This document shows, in pieces, positions 9,453 through 19,020 of a DNA stretch of 49,295 nucleotides. The notes below the pieces were generated by a model. That model did no database searches, was not told the DNA's origin, and saw nothing but the letters and a program-made list of their open reading frames with translations. A program made the position numbers and the translations under genes. The first letter of the stretch is position 1. The number at the start of each line of letters is the position of its first letter. Source of the DNA: an uncultured Dehalococcoidales bacterium (lineage in GTDB: Bacteria; Chloroflexota; Dehalococcoidia; Dehalococcoidales; E44-bin46); the NCBI GenBank assembly GCA_964496725.1, contig CAZCAS010000001.1, positions 1 to 49,295 of the forward strand. Direction: 5' to 3'.

Positions 9453-11891
9453 TCAATCAAAGCAGGTGATAGCTACCACCTTATCACCCTGGGCAAGCTT
9501 CATTAACCTCACCCCCTGGGTGCTCCTTTTCTGAACAGGAATGCGATACTCCTGGCGTTTCTCCTGAAGCGGAGTGCAGATAACGTTGCCCTCAGCCGAT
9601 ATAATCATTAGCTGTTGAGAGCGGGAAACAAGGCCAGCAGCAACGACCTCACCCGTCTTATCCGTCGTCTTAAAAGTTCTTACCCCACCACCCGCACGAT
9701 GCTGGCGTGGATATTCATCAATGGCAGTAAGCTTACCGTAGCCCCCCATGGTAACCGCCAGCAGAAGGGCATCAGGATGGGCAATATCCATACTGATTAC
9801 CCGGTCACTGGGAGCTAAACGGATGCCGCGTACTCCGCCACTAGTTCTGGAGCTAGCCCTCAGCTCAGACACGGCAAATCTGATTGCCTGCCCTTGCTTG
9901 GTTACCAATACCATATCATCGCCGGCAGTACATATATGGGCTTTCACCAGCTCATCGCCTTTAGCTAAATCCATAGCGATAAGCCCGCTACTCCGCACTG
10001 AAGCGAAATGCTGCATAGCTGTCTTTTTCACCTCGCCTTGACCAGTAGCCATCACCAGACAATCACTCGTCTTAAAACCACTTACCACTACCATAGCAGT
10101 AACCCGCTCACCCTCGGCGATGGGGAAAAGATTAACCACCGCGGTCCCTTTACCCCTCCGGGTACTATCACCCGGAATCTCATAGCACTTTATCCTAAAC
10201 ACCCTGCCCCGGTTTGTGAAGAACAGAAGGTCATCATGGGTATCAGCCACCGCCAATAGTCTCACCGCATCCTCCTCCCTGGTTATCATGCCGATGACAC
10301 CCTTGCCACCCCGATGCTGAGGCCCATAGGTCAGAGAGGGCACTCGCTTGATGAATCCCCTGGCGCTAAGCGTTATCACCACTCCTTGATGGGGGATAAG
10401 GTCCTCTTCGTTAAATTCTATCACCCCCTGCTCCCTTATCTCGGTCCGCCTGGGGTCACCATGCTTAGCCTTTAATTCATCAACCTCGTCCTTTATTAAG
10501 AGAAGTATTCTCTTCGGGCTGGCTAGAAGGCCTTCCAGATAGGCGATAGTTTTCACCAACTCGGCATACTCATCAAGTATCTTACGCCGCTCCAGATTAG
10601 CCAGCCGACGTAACTGCATGTCAAGAATAGCCTGCGCTTGAATCTGAGTTAAGCCAAAGCCAGTCATAAGGTTACTTCGGGCTGACTCAGCCGTCTCCGA
10701 TTTCTTGATGGTAGCAATCACCTTATCAATATTGTCTAAGGCGATTTTAAATCCCTCCAAAATATGCGCTCTGGCCTTAGCCACCTTTAGCTCAAACCGA
10801 GAGCGGCGGGTGACAACAACACGACGAAAGTCTATATAATGCTGAAGTGCCTCTTTAAGGCTTATCACCCTGGGCTGCCCGTCAACAAGAGCCAGCATGT
10901 TAATGAAGAAAGCCGACTGCATGGCGGTATATTTATAGAGGCTATTAAGCACCTGCTGGGGTTGGGCATCCCTCCTTACCTCTATGACAATGCGCATACC
11001 CTGACGGTCTGACTCATCCCGAAGCTCACTTATGCCCTTGACCTTCTTATCCTTGACCAGCTCCGCTATTCTCTCCACCAGGGCAGCCTTGCTCGTCTGG
11101 TAGGGAAGCTCGGTAACCAATATCTGGCGACGTCCGCCCTCGGTAGGGCCTACAACATGAGCCTTAGCCTGGATTATCACCTTGCCATGCCCGGTAGCAT
11201 AGGCAGCCTTGATCCCCTCCTGCCCGATAATAATGCCAGCGGTAGGGAAATCGGGCCCTTTAACAAATTCGGTAAGCTCATTAACCATGGCTTCAGGGTT
11301 GTCAATGAGGTAAGCGATAGCATCACAGACTTCGCCCAGATTGTGAGGAGGGATATTGGTAGCCATCCCAACCGCAATCCCGGCACTGCCGTTAACCAGC
11401 AAATTGGGCAGCCGAGTAGGCAAAACCAGGGGCTCCTCAAGGCTGGCATCAAAGTTGGGCATAAAGTCGACGGTATCCTTCTCAATGTCAACCAGCATCT
11501 GCTCGGAAACAGAAGCCAACCGCACCTCAGTATAACGCATCGCCGCCGGCGGGTCATTATCCACGCTGCCAAAATTGCCCTGCCCATCAACAAGAACATA
11601 CCGCATGGAGAAATCCTGAGCCAAGCGCACCATAGTATCATACACAGGAGCATCGCCATGCGGGTGGTACTTGCCCAATACATCACCGACGACACGAGCA
11701 CTCTTCTTATAAGGGCTGGCATGGGTTAGCCCCATACCATGCATGGAATAAAGAATACGTCGCTGCACCGGCTTTAACCCATCCCGAACATCGGGCAAAG
11801 CACGAGAAACAATGACGCTCATAGCGTAGTCAAGATAAGAACTCTTTACCTCATCCTCAATGTTTATTGGCTTAACCTTGCCTAAAACCAT
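9453..11891 (-). CDS. gyrA: DNA gyrase subunit A
   Basis: 812 aa with the active-site tyrosine motif AAMRYTE and a C-terminal beta-pinwheel repeat region. Confidence 0.97.
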   Translation of the reverse strand: MVLGKVKPINIEDEVKSSYLDYAMSVIVSRALPDVRDGLKPVQRRILYSMHGMGLTHASPYKKSARVVGDVLGKYHPHGDAPVYDTMVRLAQDFSMRYVLVDGQGNFGSVDNDPPAAMRYTEVRLASVSEQMLVDIEKDTVDFMPNFDASLEEPLVLPTRLPNLLVNGSAGIAVGMATNIPPHNLGEVCDAIAYLIDNPEAMVNELTEFVKGPDFPTAGIIIGQEGIKAAYATGHGKVIIQAKAHVVGPTEGGRRQILVTELPYQTSKAALVERIAELVKDKKVKGISELRDESDRQGMRIVIEVRRDAQPQQVLNSLYKYTAMQSAFFINMLALVDGQPRVISLKEALQHYIDFRRVVVTRRSRFELKVAKARAHILEGFKIALDNIDKVIATIKKSETAESARSNLMTGFGLTQIQAQAILDMQLRRLANLERRKILDEYAELVKTIAYLEGLLASPKRILLLIKDEVDELKAKHGDPRRTEIREQGVIEFNEEDLIPHQGVVITLSARGFIKRVPSLTYGPQHRGGKGVIGMITREEDAVRLLAVADTHDDLLFFTNRGRVFRIKCYEIPGDSTRRGKGTAVVNLFPIAEGERVTAMVVVSGFKTSDCLVMATGQGEVKKTAMQHFASVRSSGLIAMDLAKGDELVKAHICTAGDDMVLVTKQGQAIRFAVSELRASSRTSGGVRGIRLAPSDRVISMDIAHPDALLLAVTMGGYGKLTAIDEYPRQHRAGGGVRTFKTTDKTGEVVAAGLVSRSQQLMIISAEGNVICTPLQEKRQEYRIPVQKRSTQGVRLMKLAQGDKVVAITCFD

Positions 11892-11905
11892 AGTGTCTCA
11901 ACCTC

Positions 11906-12739
11906 TCATTCTTCTTCATTCTCATCCTCTTCAACATCAACCTCAGTATCCAGTTTGGAGGCATCCTCAGGCGACAATTCCAGATCCTCTCCACCCACTA
12001 TAGTGTAGCCAGGCTCCTCCTCCCCCCCCTCGTCATATTCCTCCATCTCGCGCCTGACCCTGTCCGTAATATAAGGTCGCGGGCTCTTAAACTCCTTCGC
12101 CGGGAAGGAGGGACGTCCTGCCTGGCTGGGGTCCTGATATACCTCCCTTACAATGAGGTTTATCATCCCCTCCACCGAGTTGATAACGGCGGCGGAATAC
12201 TTATTACCACCCCTCATTAATTTGACCAGTCGTTGCTCATGCCCAGGCTCGACTTGCCCCAGGTAATCACCGCGGACATTCTCCACTATTAAATCAGCCC
12301 CGTCTATCTTCAGTCGAACCCTATCACCAGCCACCATCTTAGCCAGTACCTCTGGGGAAGCCAACCGGTAAAGATTAACTACCCCGGCTTTACCTGTCTC
12401 CTCAACAAACTGTTGCGGCTCGACCTTGTCAGTATCGCCCTGTAAACCGACCGCGGTCTCCCCTAAACCGGGTAAACGGTCCAGATTCCTCTTGGCAATG
12501 GCATTATAGGGGTCGAGTTCTATGGCGCGGCGATAGGCTTCCTCTGCCTTAGAATAATCCCCCAGCTCCATATAGGCTCTTCCCAATCGATTATAGGCAT
12601 TGACGTCATCAGGGAAGTTTTCTATCAGGTCCTGATTAGCCGTTATTGCCTCCTGCCACCGACCCTCCATGGCTAAGGCTACGGCCTGCCTGCTACGCCG
12701 CCACCTAAGTCCCACCTGTTCCTCATCCTGATATGTCAT
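11906..12739 (-). CDS. TPR-repeat protein with an uncharacterised central domain and a poly-acidic C-terminal tail
   Basis: N-terminal TPR-like repeats (AYNRLGRAYMELGDYSKAEEAYRRAIELDP). The C-terminus is very acidic (EVDVEEDENEEE). The stop lies 14 nt before the gyrA start. Confidence 0.7.
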   Translation of the reverse strand: MTYQDEEQVGLRWRRSRQAVALAMEGRWQEAITANQDLIENFPDDVNAYNRLGRAYMELGDYSKAEEAYRRAIELDPYNAIAKRNLDRLPGLGETAVGLQGDTDKVEPQQFVEETGKAGVVNLYRLASPEVLAKMVAGDRVRLKIDGADLIVENVRGDYLGQVEPGHEQRLVKLMRGGNKYSAAVINSVEGMINLIVREVYQDPSQAGRPSFPAKEFKSPRPYITDRVRREMEEYDEGGEEEPGYTIVGGEDLELSPEDASKLDTEVDVEEDENEEE

Positions 12740-12791
12740 CCTCTACTCCCTGTAACATACCTTGCATGTTTACATAGGGTTAAGATACGGA

Positions 12792-14012
12792 TTACTCACC
12801 AGTATCCATCTCAAAGGCTTGATGTAAGGCACGAACAGCATCCTTAACCTTAGCCGCATCAACAATGCACGTTATTCTTATCTCAGAAGTGGTAATAAGC
12901 TGTATATTTATTTTATTCTCGCTCATCACCTTAAACATTTTAGCGGCATAGCCAGGGGTGTTCTGCATCCCGGTGCCTATAATACTAACCTTGCCCAAAT
13001 TGGAATCACTAACACACTCCCTAGCTCCAATTGACTGCGCTATAGGCTCCACCAAAGTCATCGCCCCAGCCAAATCACTTTTAGCCACGGTAAAGGTCAA
13101 ATCGGTAATGTTATCGATACTGGCATTCTGAACAATGGTATCGACACTGATGCCAGCTTGGGCTAAGGGCTCGAAGATGGCTGCCGCAATACCCGGCTGG
13201 TCAGGAACGCCAACCACCATCACCTTAGCCACATCAAGGTCATGAGCTATACCCCTCACCTTATTTCGGACTTCCATAGACACGCCTCCATGAATTAATG
13301 TACCTGGATTTCGGGTGAAGCTAGAGGCTACCAGGATGGGAATATTGTGCAGCTCCCCCAGTTCAACTGCCCGAGGGTGCGTAACCTTAGCCCCATATGT
13401 TGCCAGCTCCAGCATCTCCTCATAGCCAATCTCGTCCAGGAGGCAAGCTTCAGGAACCAGCCTAGGGTCGGCTGTATAGACCCCCTCGACATCGGTATAT
13501 ATCTGGCAAACTTCAGCCCCAAGGCTGGCAGCCAGAGCCACCGCGGTAGTATCAGAGCCACCCCGCCCCAGCGTGGTTATATCCTCCACCTCAGAAATAC
13601 CCTGAAAACCAGCGACGATAACTATATTCCCCTTCTCCAGCTCCTGGACCAGCCGTTTGGAGTCAATGTTGAGAATTCTGGCTCGCCTGTGGGCATTATC
13701 AGTTCTTATGCCAGCCTGAGCACCGCTAAGGCTGATCGCCCCATAGCCCATGCTATGTAGCGCCATGGTCAGCAGGGTGCTGGAGACAACCTCGCCGGTG
13801 GACAAGAGGACATCAAGCTCCCTGGCACTGGGTTGCTTGGCTACCTGATAGGCCAGTTCAATAAGGTCATCGGTGGTATCGCCCATCGCCGATACCACCG
13901 CCACTATCTGGTCACCCTTATCTTTGACAGCAGCTATACGCTTGGCTACGCTCTTAATCTTCTTAGCATCAGCTACCGATGAACCGCCATATTTTTGTAC
14001 AATTAAAGCCAT
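12792..14012 (-). CDS. lysC: Aspartate kinase
   Basis: N-terminal VQKYGGSSVAD motif, 406 aa, with C-terminal tandem ACT-like regions. Confidence 0.93.
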   Translation of the reverse strand: MALIVQKYGGSSVADAKKIKSVAKRIAAVKDKGDQIVAVVSAMGDTTDDLIELAYQVAKQPSARELDVLLSTGEVVSSTLLTMALHSMGYGAISLSGAQAGIRTDNAHRRARILNIDSKRLVQELEKGNIVIVAGFQGISEVEDITTLGRGGSDTTAVALAASLGAEVCQIYTDVEGVYTADPRLVPEACLLDEIGYEEMLELATYGAKVTHPRAVELGELHNIPILVASSFTRNPGTLIHGGVSMEVRNKVRGIAHDLDVAKVMVVGVPDQPGIAAAIFEPLAQAGISVDTIVQNASIDNITDLTFTVAKSDLAGAMTLVEPIAQSIGARECVSDSNLGKVSIIGTGMQNTPGYAAKMFKVMSENKINIQLITTSEIRITCIVDAAKVKDAVRALHQAFEMDTGE

Positions 14013-14036
14013 CGTCCTTAACCCTCAAATAGTCTG

Positions 14037-15224
14037 CTATTCCCCCACCAGCATGTTCATAATATTATACCCTTGCTCGAGGAAAAAGTCAGTTTTTTCC
14101 GCCTCAGATTCAGTAAATCTTTTCGCCCCGTTAGAGGTGAACCCCGGCCCCCATAACATAAAGGGCACCGGGTCAGCGGCATGAGTCCGCACTTCAATCG
14201 GCGTGGGGTGGTCGGGCAGGATTAGTAGCCGCAGGTCATCCCCCCACCAGGAGCGGAGCCGCCCGATAACCTCCCTATCTATTACCTGAATAGCCACCAC
14301 CTTATCATCAATGGAGCCGGCATGAGCCGCTTCATCGGGCGCCTCAATATGGATAACCACCAGGTCATGGTCATCAAGCGCGTTTAGAGCGCCCGTCACC
14401 TGGGCGACATAGTCATTGTCCGGGCCATCAGTTACCCCGGGGATATCTAATACATCCATCCCTACGATTTTGGCTAAGCCGTGGGGAAGAGCAACCCCGG
14501 AGGTCATTGCCCCCCTGAGACCATATACCTCTTCAAACGACGGCATCTCAGGCAACTTATCGCTACCCCAGAACAGCCAGATAGTGGTCGCTGGAACATC
14601 GCCACGAGACCTCCGCTCTACATTCACCGGATGGTCCCGGAGCACCGCCTCCGAGCGTTTCATCAAGTCGCGTAATATCGCGCTCCCCCGACCGCGGGGA
14701 AGATACTCGGCAATGGGCTTATCCGGGATATCGTGGGGTGGGGTACAATGAGCCAGTAGGGTATCCTCCCGACCTTTCAGTTTACATATATGCCGGTAAC
14801 TTACGCCGGGGTAAAAGTGAATATCGTCGTTGCCCAGGGCATCATCCAAATCTGAAATGAGCTGCCGAGCCTCCTCGGTACTGATGTAACCAGAGCTACA
14901 GCTCCACATCTTGCCATCACGAATAGCCACCAGATTGCATCGAAAAACAACCTCGTCATTGCCAACAGGGATGCCCATGTGCTTAGCCTCAATGATACTC
15001 CTGCCCCGGTAGTAGACCCTGGGGTCATAACCGAGAATGGACATGCAGGCGCAGGCGCTATCAGGGTCCATCCCCGACGGCACGGTGCGCACCATCCCCA
15101 GCATTCCCTCTCCAGCCATGGCATCCAAGTTGGGGGTACTAGCCAGCTCCAGAGGGGTCTTCCCCTCCCGCTGGGGGAGGGGGCGGTCCGCAGCCCCATC
15201 CATAATTACAATGCCGTATTTCAT
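14037..15224 (-). CDS. Archaeal-type cofactor-independent phosphoglycerate mutase homolog (apgM-like; belongs to the group proposed as a non-canonical homoserine kinase)
   Basis: Starts MKYGIVIMDGAADRP and shows features of the alkaline-phosphatase/metalloenzyme superfamily. I chose the ATG at 15224 because the longer ORF (to 15326) runs into tRNA-Pro. The stop lies 24 nt before the aspartate kinase start. Confidence 0.8.
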   Translation of the reverse strand: MKYGIVIMDGAADRPLPQREGKTPLELASTPNLDAMAGEGMLGMVRTVPSGMDPDSACACMSILGYDPRVYYRGRSIIEAKHMGIPVGNDEVVFRCNLVAIRDGKMWSCSSGYISTEEARQLISDLDDALGNDDIHFYPGVSYRHICKLKGREDTLLAHCTPPHDIPDKPIAEYLPRGRGSAILRDLMKRSEAVLRDHPVNVERRSRGDVPATTIWLFWGSDKLPEMPSFEEVYGLRGAMTSGVALPHGLAKIVGMDVLDIPGVTDGPDNDYVAQVTGALNALDDHDLVVIHIEAPDEAAHAGSIDDKVVAIQVIDREVIGRLRSWWGDDLRLLILPDHPTPIEVRTHAADPVPFMLWGPGFTSNGAKRFTESEAEKTDFFLEQGYNIMNMLVGE

Positions 15225-15267
15225 CACTATTGCCCCAAGGGTCGAATCCGCATATAATAGATAGTTG

Positions 15268-15344
15268 CGGGGTGTAGCGCAGTCTGGTAGCGCGCAGCGT
15301 TCGGGACGCTGAGGTCGGAGGTTCAAGTCCTCTCACCCCGACCA
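15268..15344 (+). tRNA. tRNA-Pro (anticodon CGG)
   Basis: Hand-folded. Acceptor CGGGGTG/CACCCCG, D-stem GCGC/GCGC, anticodon stem CAGCG/CGCTG with loop TTCGGGA, T-loop TTCAAGT. CCA is encoded. Confidence 0.93.
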
Positions 15345-16127
15345 CTACTCCTCCGCTCCCTTTTTCGCCTCTTCCCACAAAGCGTTCTGCTCATCAAAGG
15401 ACAGGTCGGCAAAGCTCACCCCACGCTCCCGGCAGAGCTTCTCCATATAGCCGAAACGCTGATAAAAGCGACGATTTGCCTGCCTCAGCGCCGCCTCCAA
15501 ATCAATCTTCAGCCGGCGGGCGATATTAGCTAGGGTAAACAGCAGGTCACCGAACTCATGCTCCCTCTCCTCCTGACTCTCCGTCTGTTTAAATTCGTTT
15601 ACCTCCTCTACCAGCTTATCGATGACGCCATCGACATCCTCCCAGTCAAAACCCACCCGAGCCACCCGACTTTGAATCTCCTGGCTATAGGCTAACGCCG
15701 GCATATGTTTGGGAACATTGTCCAGCATAGATGCATCCGCCTCCCTCTCCCCCTTCTTTAGATTCTCCCAGTTCAGCAGCACCTCATCGGCACTCTTCAC
15801 CTTTAGCGAGCCAAAGACGTGTGGGTGGCGGCGAATCAGCTTGGCGCTGATGCTCTTCACCACATCCCCCAGCTCAAATTCACCGGCTTCAGTGGCAATC
15901 TGAGCATGCATGACAATCTGCATTAAAAGGTCGCCCAGCTCCTCACAGAGCTTGCTTGAATCCCTCCTGTCCAGAGCATCCAATACCTCGTAGCACTCCT
16001 CCAAGAGGTTATCCCGCATTGAGACGTGGGTTTGCTTTCTGTCCCAGGGACAGCCGTCAGGTGAGCGTAATCTAGCGATGATATCTACCAGAGTAGCAAA
16101 CTGGCTTAGGTTCCGGGGTAAAGACAA
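15345..16127 (-). CDS. mazG: MazG nucleoside triphosphate pyrophosphohydrolase
   Basis: Tandem MazG domains with EExxE motifs (LLEECYEVLDAL; VEEVNEF). TTG start 5 nt after GGAGG. Confidence 0.9.
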   Translation of the reverse strand: MSLPRNLSQFATLVDIIARLRSPDGCPWDRKQTHVSMRDNLLEECYEVLDALDRRDSSKLCEELGDLLMQIVMHAQIATEAGEFELGDVVKSISAKLIRRHPHVFGSLKVKSADEVLLNWENLKKGEREADASMLDNVPKHMPALAYSQEIQSRVARVGFDWEDVDGVIDKLVEEVNEFKQTESQEEREHEFGDLLFTLANIARRLKIDLEAALRQANRRFYQRFGYMEKLCRERGVSFADLSFDEQNALWEEAKKGAEE

Positions 16128-16214
16128 AACAGCCTCCTCACCGTGTTACCAGATTATACAAGCTGGGCTTGAGTTAGGCAATACAATTATGGCAGCGGTC
16201 AAGGGGACCACCTG

Positions 16215-16236
16215 TTTAAGTCAGCTTTAAGTCAGC
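16215..16236. repeat. Perfect 11-bp tandem duplication (TTTAAGTCAGC x2) spanning the fmt stop codon
   Basis: Read directly: TTTAAGTCAGC at 16215-16225 and again at 16226-16236. The fmt stop (TGA on the minus strand) is at 16232-16234. Confidence 0.9.
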
Positions 16237-17167
16237 GCAGTATCGTCCCCATAAACTCCCTCTGCCCCCGCAAAAACTCGGCAGCCGACATAGCCCACCT
16301 CCCCTCCAGCTGAACCTTGGACACCCTTAAAATCCCCTCCCCAGTACCAACGCCAAAGTCAGCCTTCGTTCCCCCCACAGCTATCACCTGCCCTGCCTCA
16401 ACGGACCCTTCCTCCAGCAGAGGCACCGCCTCCATAATCTTGAGTTGCCTCCCCCGCCAGCTGGTGTAACATCCCGGCCAGGGCTGGAAAGCACGCACCC
16501 GCCGCCATATATCCGCTGCCGGCAGATGCCAATCAATCTCACCATCTTCCTTAGAGATGGGGGCAGAATAAACAGCTTCAGCTTCATTCTGGGGCTGTGG
16601 AGCGATTTCACCCCTTATCCAGCAGGGCAGAACTTCCAGAAGTAACCGGGCTGCGAGCAGGGAGAGCTTGGCAGTAAGTGCGCCAGTGGTATCGTTTGCT
16701 GAAATAGCAATCTGCGCCCTAGCTAATACGGGTCCGGTATCGACGCCCTTATCCAGCAGCATAAGGCTAACCCCGGTAAACTCATCCCCGGCTAAGATAG
16801 CCGAGGCTGCCGGCGATGCCCCTCTAAATCTGGGCAGCAGAGAGGGATGAATATTAACACACCCATAGCGCGGCAGGTCCAACACCGACTGGGGCAGAAT
16901 CTGACCAAAGGCAGCCACCACTATAACATCGGGGCGAAAGGCAGCTAGCTGCGCCACAGCCTCCGCACCTTTCAAGCTAGGCGGTTGCACCACCGGTAGC
17001 TTCCAAGTTACGGCTGCTCTTTTTACCGGGGTGGGCATCAGAGAACGCCCCCTCCCCCCCGTTTTATCAGGCTGAGTATAAATAGCGGCAACGTGGAATT
17101 GATCCAGGATAAGGTGCTCCAGTGGAGGAACGGCAAACTCAGGGCTGCCCATAAAAATAAGCCGCAA
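16232..17167 (-). CDS. fmt: Methionyl-tRNA formyltransferase
   Basis: RLIFMGSPEFA N-terminus and HPSLLPRFRG motif. I chose the TTG at 17167 because AGGAGG lies 6 nt upstream. The ORF-track start (17200) adds 11 atypical residues. Confidence 0.9.
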   Translation of the reverse strand: MRLIFMGSPEFAVPPLEHLILDQFHVAAIYTQPDKTGGRGRSLMPTPVKRAAVTWKLPVVQPPSLKGAEAVAQLAAFRPDVIVVAAFGQILPQSVLDLPRYGCVNIHPSLLPRFRGASPAASAILAGDEFTGVSLMLLDKGVDTGPVLARAQIAISANDTTGALTAKLSLLAARLLLEVLPCWIRGEIAPQPQNEAEAVYSAPISKEDGEIDWHLPAADIWRRVRAFQPWPGCYTSWRGRQLKIMEAVPLLEEGSVEAGQVIAVGGTKADFGVGTGEGILRVSKVQLEGRWAMSAAEFLRGQREFMGTILR

Positions 17168-17239
17168 CTTACGCCTCCTAATGCTAAATCTTAACATCAA
17201 AAACTTTTTCTAACAACTTTGCCCTTTCATATGTGGTGG

Positions 17240-17253
17240 GGTTAATATTAACC
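17240..17253. repeat. Perfect 14-bp palindrome GGTTAATATTAACC upstream of dnaA
   Basis: Read directly; the sequence is self-complementary. It shares the ATATTAAC core with the tandem repeat at 17360-17380. Confidence 0.9.
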
Positions 17254-17359
17254 AAATAGACAAGCATGGCAGACCTTGGAAGGATAACCATGACCTGCAA
17301 ACGCCCAGCAACCACTGCCAAAAATGTTGCCCCCCAAGAAAAACCCCCTGTTATACTAT

Positions 17360-17380
17360 ATATTAACGAAATATTAACGA
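17360..17380. repeat. Two direct copies of ATATTAACGA with 11-bp periodicity
   Basis: ATATTAACGA at 17360-17369 and 17371-17380, inside an AT-rich patch about 140 nt upstream of the dnaA start. Confidence 0.9.
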
Positions 17381-17520
17381 CTTGTTTCAAAAGTTGTGAT
17401 CATGATGTAGCGTTAACTCTTAGCCTCTTTTTCCAGCCCCATTAGGTCACGCCATCCATGGCCCTCGAGAATAAGATGGCACAGGATCTTAAACCCCAAA
17501 CATTAAACGAGAGGAGTTTT

Positions 17521-18861
17521 ATGGAAGACGAGCCGGCAAAACAGGTCTGGGAAGCTGCGCTGGGCGAGCTGCAAATACAGGTCAGCAAATCAAACTACCG
17601 GACTTGGCTAGAAAAAACAGTAGGCTTAAGCTGCCAAGATAACCAGTTTGTTGTCGGCGTGCCTAATACCTTCGTCGCTGAATATTTAGATAAGAAGCAG
17701 CGTTCTTTAATTGAGAAAACACTCATTGGCGTTACCGGGCGCAACCTCAACATTCGCTTCCAAGTAGAGAGCAAAGAGCAAATTCCAGCGGGCGGCTATA
17801 GCGTCCGAGAAAAAGCATCGCCAAAATTCAACTCTAAATATACCTTTGATGCCTTCGTTACCGGCAACTGTAATCGTTTAGCCTGCGCCGCTGCCCTCGA
17901 CATAGCTGAAAAGCCGGGAAGTAGCTATAATCCACTGTTCATCTACGGGGGCCCAGGGTTGGGCAAGACCCATTTACTACATGCCATTGGCCATATGGCT
18001 CTAGCCAACCACTTCCAGGTGCTTTATGTCAGCGGGGAACAGTTCACCAACGAGTTTATCCAGGCTATCCAGCAGAAAAAAAACGAAGAGTTCCGCAATA
18101 AATATCGAAAAGTTGATATGCTATTGATTGATGATATCCACTTCATCATCGGCAAGGAACAGACAGAAGAGTGCTTCTTCCACACCTTCAACGAGCTACA
18201 TGACAACAACCGGCAGATTGTCGTCACCAGTGACTGCTCGCCAAAAGATATGCCCTTATTAGAGGAGAGACTGTGTTCTCGCTTCCAGTGGGGATTGATC
18301 GTTGATATCCAACCGCCCGACTTCGAAACACGTCTATCTATTCTACAGGCTAAGGCTAAGCAGAGAGGGCAGGATGTCGCTTTAGATGTGCTGGACTTCA
18401 TCGCTCAGCGTATCAGGCAAAACATAAGGGACCTGGAAGGTAGCCTGAACAGGGTTATCGCCTACGCTAAACTGCTTAAAACTTTAGTTACCCCCGAGGT
18501 AGCCGCCCAAGCGCTGGAGAATCTAGCCGCTAAACCCAGTCGAGGCACTGCTATCACCCCAGCTCAAGTAATCGAAGCAGTAGCCGAAAATTTCCAGCTA
18601 GCCGCCGCAGACCTGACCGGCCGGAAAAGAGACAAAGAAACTGCCCTAGCTCGGCAGATAGCCATGTATCTCATCCAGCGGGAAACCGGTAGCTCACTGG
18701 CTCAAGTTGGCAGGGAGTTAGGGGACAGGAATCCAGCCACTGTTAGTCACGCCTGTGAGAAAATAGCCAGTGAACTCCAGGCCAGCCCTTATCTGATGCG
18801 TAAACTCTCAGACATCCAAGAGCATATCCAGCCCCTGACGCAGGGTAGGAAAAAGCGATAA
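17521..18861 (+). CDS. dnaA: Chromosomal replication initiator protein DnaA
   Basis: Walker A GGPGLGKTHLL, an AAA+ core and a C-terminal DnaA-box-binding domain. I chose the ATG at 17521 because of GAGAGGAG 4 nt upstream. In-frame alternatives are at 17458 and 17476. Confidence 0.95.
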   Translation: MEDEPAKQVWEAALGELQIQVSKSNYRTWLEKTVGLSCQDNQFVVGVPNTFVAEYLDKKQRSLIEKTLIGVTGRNLNIRFQVESKEQIPAGGYSVREKASPKFNSKYTFDAFVTGNCNRLACAAALDIAEKPGSSYNPLFIYGGPGLGKTHLLHAIGHMALANHFQVLYVSGEQFTNEFIQAIQQKKNEEFRNKYRKVDMLLIDDIHFIIGKEQTEECFFHTFNELHDNNRQIVVTSDCSPKDMPLLEERLCSRFQWGLIVDIQPPDFETRLSILQAKAKQRGQDVALDVLDFIAQRIRQNIRDLEGSLNRVIAYAKLLKTLVTPEVAAQALENLAAKPSRGTAITPAQVIEAVAENFQLAAADLTGRKRDKETALARQIAMYLIQRETGSSLAQVGRELGDRNPATVSHACEKIASELQASPYLMRKLSDIQEHIQPLTQGRKKR

Positions 18862-18924
18862 CTTTTGGAGACAGAGAGGTTCGCCCCATACCAAGATTTA
18901 TACCCCCCACGATACTTTTTTAAT

Positions 18925-18949
18925 AAGTTATCAAAGACCTTGATAACTT
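18925..18949. repeat. Perfect inverted repeat AAGTTATCAA-N5-TTGATAACTT downstream of dnaA
   Basis: Read directly: 10-bp arms at 18925-18934 and 18940-18949. Each arm carries a TTATC core (6/9 match to the TTATCCACA DnaA box). Confidence 0.9.
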
Positions 18950-19020
18950 TATGCGTTGTTTAAGCTGCTTCTCCCACTTAAACCCGTACCACCCGTTTTT
19001 ATCGCTACAACCAGGCTGAT

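Noticed and set aside
11157-11729. Long ORFs of 190 aa (+) and 181 aa (-, other frame, 11177-11722) inside gyrA
   Set aside because: They lie wholly within the unambiguous gyrA reading frame. Their composition is low-complexity and Arg/Ser/Leu-rich, as expected for off-frame translation of GC-rich coding DNA.
15225-15326. N-terminal extension of the apgM-like ORF (ORF-track start at 15326)
   Set aside because: The extension runs through tRNA-Pro on the opposite strand and adds non-homologous residues. The ATG at 15224 gives the family-typical MKYGIVIMDGAADRP start.
17184-17390. 68-aa minus-strand ORF in the fmt-dnaA spacer
   Set aside because: It overlaps the fmt SD and start region, has no SD of its own, and lies in the AT-rich repeat region. 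The region is better explained as origin or promoter DNA.
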